A DNA stretch of 64,000 nucleotides from Macrostomum lignano (lineage: Eukaryota). The translations under genes and the position numbers were made by a program. Under the pieces are notes generated by a model. It ran no database searches. It saw only the letters and a program-made list of their open reading frames with translations, and was not told the origin of the DNA. The stretch is from contig NIVC01000176.1 of assembly GCA_002269645.1 (NCBI GenBank), positions 770,367 through 834,366 of the forward strand, written 5' to 3'. Position 1 is the first letter of the stretch, and each line of letters starts with the position of its first letter. This document shows, piece after piece, positions 49,201 to 61,333 of this stretch.

Positions 49201-52200
49201 GAGAGGAGAGAGAAGAAAGGAGAAAGGAGAGAGGAGAGGAGACAAACACTGAGCAGGCCGGATAGAGAGGCTTCGCGCGCTGGAGTTTGCCGACCTCTGC
49301 TCTACACTCTCCCTGATCCCCTCATCATCCCACTTTCGAGCAGATCTCCCAAGGCGCTCACCGGATGTCCCCAACCACGGTGTCGCAGCTGCAGCTGAGC
49401 ACGGTCTCCCCGTTCACGCTGACCACAATGTCGCCGCTGAGCAGCCCGACTGCGGCGGCCGCCGATCCCGGCTCGACCTTGCCGACCCGAACTGGCTGCG
49501 AGCCGACCAGGGTGAAGCCGAAGCTCCACTGCTGACCGTGGCGAGTCAGGGAGAACTGCGGGCGGTTGATTGGGATTTGGGATTTGAGATTCAGTGTATA
49601 ATAAGCTAGACAATGTACTCTGCTATCAGCGATAGTTTATTGAATTGTTTAACTAGCTAACTGTGTCAAACTACAATTTACTTTGTCAGACAATGATTTT
49701 CCTGTATCAGACATTGGTAAGCCTGTGTCAGGTAGATGCTGGAGCAACCAATGTGTCAGATGGTTATGTAGATACTGGCATCCCTGTGTCAGATGGTTAT
49801 GTAGATACTGACATCCCTGTGTCAGATGGTTATGTAGATACTGACATCCCTGTGTCAGCTAGGCATATAGATACTGACTTCCCTGTGTCAGACAGTCATG
49901 TAGATACTGACTTCCCTGTGTCAGACAGTCATGTAGATACTGACTTCCCTGTGTCAGATAGTCATGTAGATACCGACATCCCTGTGTCAGATGGTTGTGT
50001 AGATACTGACATCCCTGTGTCAGATAGTAATGTAGATACCGACATCACTGTGTCAGCTAGGCATATAGATACTGACTTCCCTGTGTCAGACAGTCATGTA
50101 GATACTGACTTCCCTGTGTCAGACAGTCATGTAGATACTGACTTCCCTGTGTCAGATAGTCATGTAGATACCGACATCCCTGTGTCAGCTAGGCATATAG
50201 ATACTGACTTCCCTGTGTCAGACAGTCATGTAGATACTGACTTCCCTGTGTCAGACAGTCATGTAGATACTGACTTCCCTGTGTCAGATAGTCATGTAGA
50301 TACCGACATCCCTGTGTCAGCTAGGCATATAGATACTGACTTCCCTGTGTCAGATACCATGCATTACAGCATAGATAGAACCACCGGCCTCTTTAATGAA
50401 ATCTTTACCCAATTAATTTTTGTGAATATGAAAAAATGGCAGAGATAAGAGTGAAAATATACAAAATAACACCAAGGGAACGGCTTCCCTTTGAAGTTCT
50501 AAAATAATCGACTAAAGAATGAAATAAATTAGTCAGCTACAAAGACTTGAATCAGAACCGATCGCATTGCATTCCACTTAGTGCTACCGGCTGCCCAGAC
50601 ACAAAGAGGACAGACAGCAGCACAGGGGGCTGGGCGCAGGTCTTTGTTCGGCAGACTGAATGCGGGACACCCGCGCTGGAGTAGGAGGGGAAGAGAAGGC
50701 AATAAAAAAAGCAGTCAGTTGCAGACAGGAAAAAGCGCCACCGCCCCCACCCAGAAGTTCAATGTCGAGCTTGTCTCGGTGTCTGTCTGCCGTGGAGTTC
50801 CAGACAGAATCTGGGACTGACTTGGCTTTTTGTCTTGTCATTCTCCGCTGTAAAAACCTATATGGGCCTTTATAAAAACTTTAATGTAGTTTAGCCTGCT
50901 TATGTCTTGTGAACAAGACATATGTCTTGCTGTAAAATTTAGGTCCTATGAAATTTAGGTCCTATGAAATTTAGGTCCTATGAAATTTAGGTCCTATGAA
51001 ATTTAGGTCCTATGAAATTTAGCTCCTATGAAATTTAGGTCCTATGAAATTTAGGTTCTATGAAATTTAGGTCCTATGAAATTTAGGTCCTATGAAATTT
51101 AGGTCCTATGAAATTTAGGTCCTATGAAATTTAGGTCCTATGAAATTTAGGTCCTATGAAATTTAGGTCCTATGAAATTTAGGTCCTATGAAATTTAGGT
51201 CCTATGAAGTTTAGGTACTATGAAATTTAGGGTTGTATGAAATTTAGGTCATGAAATTTAGGTCTCATGGAGTTTAGTTATAGTGAAGTTTAGGATAGGT
51301 CCTAAATTTATGATATTTATTCTATATAATCTGTGTTTCCAATCCAGATTTCTAGGCTTACGGCATCCATGTGTCCGCCTGTCTCTCCTCCTATGCGTGC
51401 GTGTTTAATATCAAGACAGCCAAATGCAAGATATGAGTCACTCCCAACACTGAACAGAAACTAACTTTGCCTTGCGTACAATTATAATACAAATACATTG
51501 CATTGGGCTTGCTAAATATCTTTTTATCTCTGCAGGTCCATCACTCCCGGCGCCTCTATCTGGCTCTGTGATCAATCAGTACTGCTTTATTAATGTGCCA
51601 CTTAATTAGATTTCATGTACAGAATATTTTTCTAGCTTTCTGTAACCGACAAAGGCTGCTCAAGAATGCCACCACTTTTGTTCTTTTTTAAAATGGCAAT
51701 TGACCAACCAACTATCTAATTAAAAATGACATTTCGGGTTTCTAAAATGGCACTTGTCCTTTCGAAATGGCCTTGTTTCTCTCTATGAAATGGCACTCAT
51801 CCCTACAAAATGACACCTGTCTCTACAAAATGACACCTGTCCCTACAAAATGACACCTGTCCCTTCAAAATGACACCTGTCCCTACAAAATGGCACTCAT
51901 CCCTACAAAATGACACCTGTCCCTACAAAATGACACCTGTACCTTCAAAATGACACCTGTCCCTACAAAATGACACCTGTCCCTTCAAAATGACACCTGT
52001 CCCTTGAAAATGACACCTGTTCCTACAAAATGACACCTGTTCCTACAAAATGACACCTGTCCCTACAAAATGACACCTGTCCCTACAAAATGACATCTGT
52101 CCCTACAAAATGACACCTGTCCCTTCAAAATGACATCTGTCCCTACAAAATGACACCTGTCCCTTCAAAATGACACCTGTCCCTACAAAATGGCACTCAT

Positions 52201-53199
52201 CCCTACAAAATGACACCTGTCCCTACAAAATGACACCTGTCCCTACAAAATGACACCTGTCCCTACAAAATGACACCTGTCCCTTCAAAATGACACCTGT
52301 CCCTACAAAATGACACCCATCCCGACCCTACAAAATCACACTCTATCTTCAAAATTGACACTTTTCTACTTAAAATGGCATTAGTCTCGTGTCTTTTAAA
52401 GATTGCATTCGTTTCTTCAACATGACAAATTCCATTTCTCTGAGTTCTCTCACCGTTCTTTGCTCAGTTCTGCCGCCGCCTCCGCCACCACCGCCGCCAT
52501 TTTCGACCACTGCGCTTCCCTCGCCGACGCCGCCGTTGCCGCAGGCTTTGAGTCTCGCGACATCTCCTTGCGCGGCGCCCAGCGGCAGCGGGACGTTGTT
52601 GGCAGCGACTCCAGCCGCCGCTTGCGCCGGAGGCGGGGCCGCCCAGCTCCAGCCCTCGTCCAGCACGTAGGGATCCTCCTGGAACCGTTTTCTCAGGCCG
52701 GCCATCATTGAGATTGCGCTGGAAGTGGAACAAAAAGGTGGCATTGTCCGATCGCTAGATTGGGTAAACAGCTGGAGTAACTATACCTGTACTTCTATGG
52801 GCAGATAGCTCGTTATCAAATAAGTACTCCTGCTACTCAAGTTTATAGTGCTTTTTTAAATTGCAAATGTTCTTAGAAAAATGGCACCCCTGTTTTCTAC
52901 AAAATGGCACCCAGACACAAAGGTCTTTGATAAAAAATGGCCACTTTTCAAACAAAAAAATGGCACCCCTTCGCGTCAAAGTCCCGCACTCACGAGTCCC
53001 GCCTCCCCTGCCCGCCCGCGCCGCCCGCCGCTTTCGTCGAGGTCCTCCTGGCCTGCACGCCGTTAGCAGTCACGTGATCTGCCGCCGACGGCTCCTCAAT
53101 GCCGTCGGCCGAAGACGCCGCTGACGAACCCGACGATCGCCCAGCTTGGAAGCAGCTCAGCGGGCGGAGCACCCGGCGAACCCGCTGGGCCCGAGACAT
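40292..53199 (-). CDS. Gene C: PDZ-DH(RhoGEF)-PH domain protein, ~674 aa
   Basis: Exons (minus strand): 52994-53199, 52454-52718, 49362-49555, 42972-43443, 40292-41179. Phases are consistent and the total is 2025 nt. [57 protein letters not shown]...[14 protein letters not shown] is assembled across three exons. [21 protein letters not shown]...[16 protein letters not shown]...LGRVF...[21 protein letters not shown]...[12 protein letters not shown]...[18 protein letters not shown]. The start codon choice is uncertain. Confidence 0.85.
41448..42800. repeat. 32-bp minisatellite (gtgacactttgaactgggacgcatccgtgtca)n, ~42 copies
   Basis: Fills gene C intron 4. Confidence 0.96.
43662..45092. repeat. 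Polypurine (AG-rich) compound microsatellite, ~1.4 kb
   Basis: gaagaggagagaagagagta-type units. Confidence 0.95.
45712..46030. repeat. Degenerate ~22-bp repeat (ggtcacttaagggccgtttggg)
   Basis: About 13 diverged copies. Confidence 0.8.
46110..46487. repeat. 42-bp minisatellite, ~9 near-identical copies
   Basis: Unit tctcaattatcctatctaatcttaccatcagaaaacttcaaa, period 42. Confidence 0.95.
46987..48115. repeat. Polypyrimidine-rich compound repeat (ctcactctctccccatct)
   Basis: About 1.1 kb of CT-rich units. Confidence 0.95.
48188..49241. repeat. Polypurine (gagaggagag)-type microsatellite
   Basis: About 1.05 kb, almost entirely A/G. Confidence 0.95.
49750..50357. repeat. 33-bp minisatellite (gatactgacttccctgtgtcagacagtcatgta), ~18 copies
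   Basis: Gives the [11 protein letters not shown] repeat ORF; intronic in gene C. Confidence 0.93.
50935..51285. repeat. 16-bp minisatellite (aaatttaggtcctatg)n
   Basis: About 20 copies. Confidence 0.95.
51785..52322. repeat. 20-bp minisatellite (ccctacaaaatgacacctgt)n
   Basis: About 26 copies near the exon-2 donor of gene C. Confidence 0.95.
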
Positions 53200-53929
53200 T
53201 TTGCCGTTGCCACCGCTGCCGCCACCTTCGCGGCCTCCGTTGGCCTCGAAATTTCTCGCTCTACTAAGCATGTGAAGGAGCCCCTTAATTCGATTGCAAT
53301 TTCTGTATAACGTTGCTCCAATCTCTGGTTCACGGGGGCTTGGGTTTACAATAAAAATAGGACCTGGCCGCTTGCCCCCGTCTGGTCCGTCTCGCAGCCC
53401 CATTGGCTGGCTCAGTGACGCACCGTACAAAGAATTAATCTGCACCTTCTTCCTCCATTCTTTACCCCTCATAATTTCCTGGGTACAAGCCCCCTGTTCC
53501 CTACTGCAGTGCATACTGGAGGAAACAAAGATCCCCGAGGACCGCGGAAATCAGTTTATGGCCGCCCGTTAGCGGAGCCCATCCCACGCTAAAAATAGCC
53601 CGTTAGCGGGGTCCGCCCCACGGTGGGGTGGGCTCCCTTAGCGCGGGCCAGCCCACAATTATTAGGATATGCCATTACGGGGCTGTGGAGAAGCAGACGC
53701 CAGAACTTGACTCGCATTGGTTGTCAAGATACATGGCACTAATTCAAAAAAGAAAAAAAACTCTTTTTTCGGCTCCATTGCGTGAGAACTAAATGCAATG
53801 ACCTTGCCAGGGCGCTAAAATGGGCGCCGAAAGGCTAAAATTGGCGCCGGTAAATTAAAATTGGCGCCCAAAAGTAGCAAGCTGATATATGCTGCCACTT
53901 CTACGCCCGTTGGCACATTCCAGCGCTGA

Positions 53930-56900
53930 TTAAGGGATCCTGGCGCCGATTTGGTGATCCTGGCGCCAAATTTGACTTTCGGCGCCAATTTGAGCTTTCC
54001 GCGCCAATTTGAGCTTTCCAGCGCCGATTTGAGCTTTCCAGCGCTGGTCCGGGCTTTTTAGCGCTGTTTTCAGCATTCCGGCGCTGATTTGGCGATACTG
54101 GCGCCGATTTGGTGATCCTGGCGCCATATTTGACTTTCGGCGCCAATTTGAGCTTTCCCGCGCCAATTTGAGCTTTCCAGCGCCGATTTGAGCTTTCCAG
54201 CGCTGGTCCGGGCTTTTTAGCGCTGATTTCAGCATTCCAGCGCTGATTAAGGGATCCTGGCGCCGATTTGGTGATCCTGGCGCCAAATTTGACGTTCCGC
54301 GCCAATTTGAGCTTTCCGCGCCAATTTGAGCTTTCCAGCGCCGATTTGAGCTTTCCAGCGCTGGTCCGGGCTTTTTAGCGCTGTTTTCAGCATTCCGGCG
54401 CTGATTTGGCGATACTGGCGCCAAATTTGGTGATCCTGGCGCCAAATTTGACTTTCGGCGCCAATTTGAGCTTTCCCGCGCCAATTTGAGCTTTCCAGCG
54501 CCGATTTGAGCTTTCCAGCGCTGGTCCGGGCTTTTTAGCGCTGTTTTCAGCATTCCGGCGCTGATTTGGCGATACTGGCGCCGATTTGGTGATCCTGGCG
54601 CCAAATTTGACTTTCGGCGCCAATTTGAGCTTTCCGCGCCAATTTGAGCTTTCCAGCGCCGATTTGAGCTTTCCAGCGCTGGTCCGGGCTTTTTAGCGCT
54701 GATTTCAGCATTCCGGCGCTGATTTGGCGATACTGGCGCCGATTTGGTGATCCTGGCGCCAAATTTGACTTTCGGCGCCAATTTGAGCTTTCCGCGCCAA
54801 TTTGAGCTTTCCAGCGCCGATTTGAGCTTTCCAGCGCTGGTCCGGGCTTTTTAGCGCTGATTTCAGCATTCCAGCGCTGATTAAGGGATCCTGGCGCCGA
54901 TTTGGTGATCCTGGCGCCAAATTTGACTTTCGGCGCCAATTTGAGCTTTCCGCGCCAATTTGAGCTTTCCAGCGCCGATTTGAGCTTTCCAGCGCTGGTC
55001 CGGGCTTTTTGGCGCTGTTTTCAGCATTCCGGCGCTGATTTGGTGATCCTGGCGCCAAATTTGACTTTCAGCGCCAATTTGAGCTTTCCCGCGCCAATTT
55101 GAGCTTTCCAGCGCCGATTTGAGCTTTCCAGCGCTGGTCCGGGCTTTTTAGCGCTGATTTCAGCATTCCAGCGCTGATTTGGCGATACTGGCGCCGATTT
55201 GGTGATCCTGGCGCCAAATTTGACTTTTGGCGCCAATTTGAGCTTTCCGCGCCAATTTGAGCTTTCCAGCGCCGATTTGAGCTTTCCATCGCTGGTCCGG
55301 GCTTTTTAGCGCTGTTTTCAGCATTCCGGCGCTGATTTGGCGATACTGGCGCCGATTTAGTGATCCTGGCGCCAAATTTGGCTTTCGGCGCCAATTTAAG
55401 CTTTCCGCGCCAATTTGAGCTTTCCAGCGCTGGTCCGGGCTTTTTAGCGCTGTTTTCAGCATTCCGGCGCTGATTTGGCGATACTGGCGCCGATTTGGTG
55501 ATCCTGGCGCCAAATTTGGCTTTTGGCGCCAATTTAAGCTTTCCGCGCCAATTTGAGCTTTCCAGCGCTGGTCCGGGCTTTTTAGCGCTGTTTTCAGCAT
55601 TCCGGCGCTGATTTGGCGATACTGGCGCCAAATTTGGTGATCCTGGCGCCAAATTTGACTTTCGGCGCCAATTTGAGCTTTCCGCGCCAATTTGAGCTTT
55701 CCAGCGCCGATTTGAGCTTTCCAGCGCTGGTCCGGGCTTTTTAGCGCTGATTTCAGCATTCCAGCGCTGATTAAGGGATCCTGGCGCCGATTTGGTGATC
55801 CTGGCGCCAAATTTGGCTTTCGGCGCCAATTTGAGCTTTCCGCGCCAATTTGAGCTTTCCAGCGCCGATTTGAGCTTTCCAGCGCTGGTCCGGGCTTTTT
55901 AGTGCTGTTTTCAGCATTCCGGCGCTGATTTGGCGATACTGGCGCCGATTTGGTGATCCTGGCGCCAAATTTGGCTTTCGGCGCCAATTTAAGCTTTCCG
56001 CGCCAATTTAAGCTTTCCAGCGCTGGTCCGGGCTTTTTAGCGCTGTTTTCAGCATTCCGGCGCTGATTTGGCGATACTGGCGCCGATTTGGTGATCCTGG
56101 CGCCAAATTTGGCTTTCGGCGCCAATTTAAGCTTTCCGCGCCAATTTGAGCTTTCCAGCGCTGGTCCGGGCTTTTTAGCGCTGTTTCAGCATTCCAGCGC
56201 TGATTTGGCGATACTGGCGCCGATTTGGTGATCCTGGCGCCAAATTTGACTTTCGGCGCCAATTTGAGCTTTCCGCGCCAATTTGAGCTTTCCAGCGCCG
56301 ATTTGAGCTTTCCAGCGCTGGTCCGGGCTTTTTAGCGCTGATTTCAGCATTCCGGCGCTGATTTGGCGATACTGGCGCCGATTTGGTGATCCTGGCGCCA
56401 AATTTGACTTTCGGCGCCAATTTGAGCTTTCCGCGCCAATTTGAGCTTTCCAGCGCCGATTTGAGCTTTCCAGCGCTGGTCCGGGCTTTTTAGCGCTGTT
56501 TTCAGCATTCCGGCGCTGATTTGGCGATACTGGCGCCGATTTGGTGATCCTGGCGCCAAATTTGGCTTTCGGCGCCAATTTAAGCTTTCCGCGCCAATTT
56601 GAGCTTTCCAGCGCTGGTCCGGGCTTTTTAGCGCTGTTTTCAGCATTCCGGCGCTGATTTGGCGATACTGGCGCCGATTTGGTGATCCTGGCGCCAAATT
56701 TGGCTTTCGGCGCCAATTTAAGCTTTCCGCGCCAATTTGAGCTTTCCAGCGCTGGTCCGGGCTTTTTAGCGCTGTTTTCAGCATTCCGGCGCTGATTTGG
56801 CGATACTGGCGCCGATTTGGTGATCCTGGCGCCAAATTTGGCTTTCGGCGCCAATTTAAGCTTTCCGCGCCAATTTGAGCTTTCCAGCGCTGGTCCGGGC

Positions 56901-58656
56901 TTTTTAGCGCTGTTTTCAGCATTCCGGCGCTGATTTGGCGATACTGGCGCCGATTTGGTGATCCTGGCGCCAAATTTGGCTTTCGGCGCCAATTTAAGCT
57001 TTCCGCGCCAATTTGAGCTTTCCAGCGCTGGTCCGGGCTTTTTAGCGCTGTTTTCAGCATTCCGGCGCTGATTTGGCGATACTGGCGCCGATTTGGTGAT
57101 CCTGGCGCCAAATTTGGCTTTCGGCGCCAATTTAAGCTTTCCGCGCCAATTTGAGCTTTCCAGCGCTGGTCCGGGCTTTTTAGCGCTGTTTTCAGCATTC
57201 CGGCGCTGATTTGGCGATACTGGCGCCAAATTTGGTGATCCTGGCGCCAAATTTGACTTTCGGCGCCAATTTGAGCTTTCCGCGCCAATTTGAGCTTTCC
57301 AGCGCTGGTCCGGGCTTTTTAGCGCTGTTTTCAGCATTCCGGCGCTGATTTGGCGATACTGGCGCCGATTTGGTGATCCTGGCGCCAAATTTGGCTTTCG
57401 GCGCCAATTTAAGCTTTCCGCGCCAATTTGAGCTTTCCAGCGCTGGTCCGGGCTTTTTAGCGCTGTTTTCAGCATTCCAGCGCTGATTTGGCGATACTGG
57501 CGCCGATTTGGTGATCCTGGCGCCAAATTTGACTTTTGGCGCCAATTTGAGCTTTCCGCGCCAATTTGAGCTTTCCAGCGCCGATTTGAGCTTTCCATCG
57601 CTGGTCCGGGCTTTTTAGCGCTGTTTTCAGCATTCCGGCGCTGATTTGGCGATACTGGCGCCGATTTGGTGATCCTGGCGCCAAATTTGACTTTCAGCGC
57701 CAATTTGAGCTTTCCGCGCCAATTTGAGCTTTCCAGCGCCGATTTGAGCTTTCCAGCGCTGGTCCGGGCTTTTTAGCGCTGATTTCAGCATTCCAGCGCT
57801 GATTAAGGATCCTGGCGCCGATTTGGTGATCCTGGCGCCAAATTTGACTTTCGGCGCCAATTTGAGCTTTCCGCGCCAATTTGAGCTTTCCAGCGCCGAT
57901 TTGAGCTTTCCAGCGCTGGTCCGGGCTTTTTAGCGCTGTTTTCAGCATTCCGGCGCTGATTTGGCGATACTGGCGCCGATTTGGTGATCCTGGCGCCAAA
58001 TTTGGCTTTCGGCGCCAATTTAAGCTTTCCGCGCCAATTTGAGCTTTCCAGCGCTGGTCCGGGCTTTTTAGCGCTGTTTTCAGCATTCCGGCGCTGATTT
58101 GGCGATACTGGCGCCGATTTGGTGATCCTGGCGCCAAATTTGGCTTTCGGCGCCAATTTAAGCTTTCCGCGCCAATTTGAGCTTTCCAGCGCTGGTCCGG
58201 GCTTTTTAGCGCTGTTTTCAGCATTCCGGCGCTGATTTGGCGATACTGGCGCCAAATTTGGTGATCCTGGCGCCAAATTTGACTTTCGGCGCCAATTTGA
58301 GCTTTCCCGCGCCAATTTGAGCTTTCCAGCGCCGATTTGAGCTTTCCAGCGCTGGTCCGGGCTTTTTAGCGCTGATTTCAGCATTCCAGCGCTGATTTGG
58401 CGATACTGGCGCCGATTTGGTGATCCTGGCGCCAAATTTGACTTTTGGCGCCAATTTGAGCTTTCCGCGCCAATTTGAGCTTTCCAGCGCCGATTTGAGC
58501 TTTCCATCGCTGGTCCGGCTTTTTAGCGCTGATTTCAGCATTCCGGCGCTGATTTGGCGATACTGGCGCCGATTTGGTGATCCTGGCGCCAAATTGACTT
58601 TCGGCGCCAATTTGAGCTTTCCGCGCCAATTTGAGCTTTCCAGCGCCGATTTGAGA
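53930..58656. repeat. 4.7-kb CpG-rich higher-order satellite (138/158-bp HOR built from 7-8 ~20-bp RGCGCY-anchored monomers)
   Basis: Ordered monomers ggcgccgatttggtgatcct / ggcgccaaatttgactttc / ggcgccaatttgagctttcc / ... / ggcgctgatttggcgatact. The 46-aa periodicity of the spurious ORFs equals 138 bp. Confidence 0.95.
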
Positions 58657-61333
58657 TATCTCATAGTATTTTTTTATTCTATTTTGTATTTTCATGCACA
58701 TTAATCATAGTTTTCGTAGCAATGATTTTCATTTTTATCCATTTGGGATTAAAATATCAAAAGTGTCGTTTTTGGACAAATGTTCTAATCGTTTATAAAA
58801 CAAGTCTACTATTAGTATACTCTTGAGCCCCATTCATTGGCAATGGAAATTAATACATCAAAAAGTGACTAAAGTACTTACTACAGCAGCGATAGCTTTA
58901 AAATGATAGTAAGCAACTTCAAATGCTGATTTGGGGATTCTGTCGCGAAATTTGCATGGCTTCCGCGGCGGGTTTATCGTTAAAGATCGTTTGAAGTTTC
59001 GTAGAAAAAAATATTAACACTCTTTCAAATACTATATTATTGCCGAATTAGCCGCTCATATCTAGTTTATCTATTGAATTATTATTAATAATAAATACAC
59101 TGACATATACTGGCCAAACAGGCTTCTTGCCTGAGCCAAGCTTACTTACTTACTATTAGATATACTTGCATACATACAGACACTTCATTTTTAGTTTCGG
59201 GATAATTATACAGTTACTTGCTTCTGCTTACTTCAATTTTTGGACTCATGTCTGGAAAGCCCTTTTGGAAAATTTAGTATCTAGCCAAGTTGCAGGTGGG
59301 TTTAAATTGTTCGAGCATATATTTATTGCCTTTTTAACTTAAAATATTGAGTTTGCAAATAGTGGATCTTGATCTTTATTTAATCTTCATGTTAAAACTT
59401 GGCTTATAGTTATAGGGCAAATAAGACACAGCTCTCACAGACATACCTTAAGACCAATTGTGACCAATTATAATAAGGAAATGAGCATCATATTATCTAT
59501 TTAGACATTTTAATAAACTGTGGCCATCTTGGTGTGTGGCCATCTTGGTCATGCACCCCCTGGCCAAGACTTATCACTAATATTAACAAGATGAATAAGT
59601 GGCCCAAAACTATTGCAAGTCAACCAAGGCAATTTTAACTATAAGCTTATGGTTAAAATTGCAAGGCTAAATTGCAATTGCAAGCCTTGCAAGGCTATAC
59701 ACTATAGTCTATAGGCTATATCTATATTCTTCCATGATATTCATGATTAATTTTTTTCACTTTTTTGTCCTTTTTGAATGCTTTGCCCTGCAGCCCTTAG
59801 AGAACATGCTATACAAAAATAGTATAGGCCTAGTATAGATATTTAGTATATTTGATTCAATAGAATAAGTGGATAAATGCAGGGTGCCTACACCTTCCTT
59901 TATCTCCTTTATCTCCTGGCTTTATTTGGAAGATTTTTGAGACTTTCTCCTTTATTTTAGCCACTTTAGCTCCTAGGATTTTTAGCACTTGTATTTAATG
60001 TATTGTTAGTGGTAACAGTCCATTTTGGTAACAAGGGAGGAGATATAACAATATGTATCTTAATGTGCTCTAAAAAATAATTTCAAATAGTTTTTGAGAC
60101 AAAAAATAATGTTTTAGGCCTAGACAATGATTTAGCCAACAATGATAAAATTTTTAATGTGTTTTGATCAATCTATTTAAATTTCCAGGTGCGCTTGATA
60201 CTCAAGATATGTTATGATACAACCTATAAAACTTGTAATTACCAAAGTATTGTGTAATTAGAATTACTTTGAGTTAGAAATGTGAAATTTCAGTATTTAC
60301 TTTAATTTATTTGTCATTAATTACTTTCATTGATCTCTCTAAGTCTCCGCTGTTATATATTCTATCTGTTCAAGTTGAAACAAATTACATGTATAATATA
60401 TCCTAATCAGAAAAAATTGAATGGTAATCAGCAATAAAGTACTAAACAAGTTAATGATTAATTTAATTAATAGTTACTAAAAAATTAACATAAAGAAAAA
60501 GTGCTAAAAGTCATAAATCTGCTTTACCGAAGTGGCTGTTACCAAAGTGGATTGTATTCTTGTTAGTTTAGGGTCCTTTTAAATAATCATTCATTTTTAA
60601 AAAGACTATTTCATTGACTTGTATTATTTTCTTAGGCAAAGGTTTATATATATGATTAGTTACTAATTAAACAAACTTTAAAGCATCAGCCCTAGGTTAG
60701 CCACAATATCAGATATGTGGCACTGTGGAGCTAAAAATGTATACATGTAGTTTTTCTCAAGACTGAAAAATTGGCTAGAAAGATGATGCAATCAAAGCAG
60801 TCAACAAGTAGGCCATAGAATGAAACAACTATGAGAGTACTATGTCCCTTAAGAGCACAACTGGGAGAGTATATGAGAGAGAGCCAGATAAAGGCTGAGG
60901 GGCAGATAAGAGTAGAAAGAAGAATGAATAGGCAATAAGAGAAAGGAAAGGTAAGAGAAAGGATTAAAGAATAGATAAAATATAAATATATAAAAATATA
61001 ATAATTAATACTGAATCTTTTTTCACATACATTGCACTCACACATTTTTATATGCTATAAAGTAGACAAATATATCAGAATAGTAATGCATACATAATAA
61101 GCTTAAAGTTACTACGTATTGGTTTTGGTAGGTACAAAAGTAATTTATAACAATGATTTACATCAGTGTTTATTCATTATATCATACAAATCCAAAGTGT
61201 CATTTTTGGACAAATGTGTGTTCAGATATGTATGAATCTGTATGAATAAATACGTCTAATAGTATAATATTGAAGTCATACATACATACATACATACTCT
61301 TGAATTACAATTTGCATTAAAACATTTCAGGTC

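Noticed and set aside
53901-58704. Dozens of 70-500 aa ORFs (MAPKVKFGARITKSAP...)
   Set aside because: Products of the 138/158-bp satellite, open in multiple frames and broken at random by unit indels.
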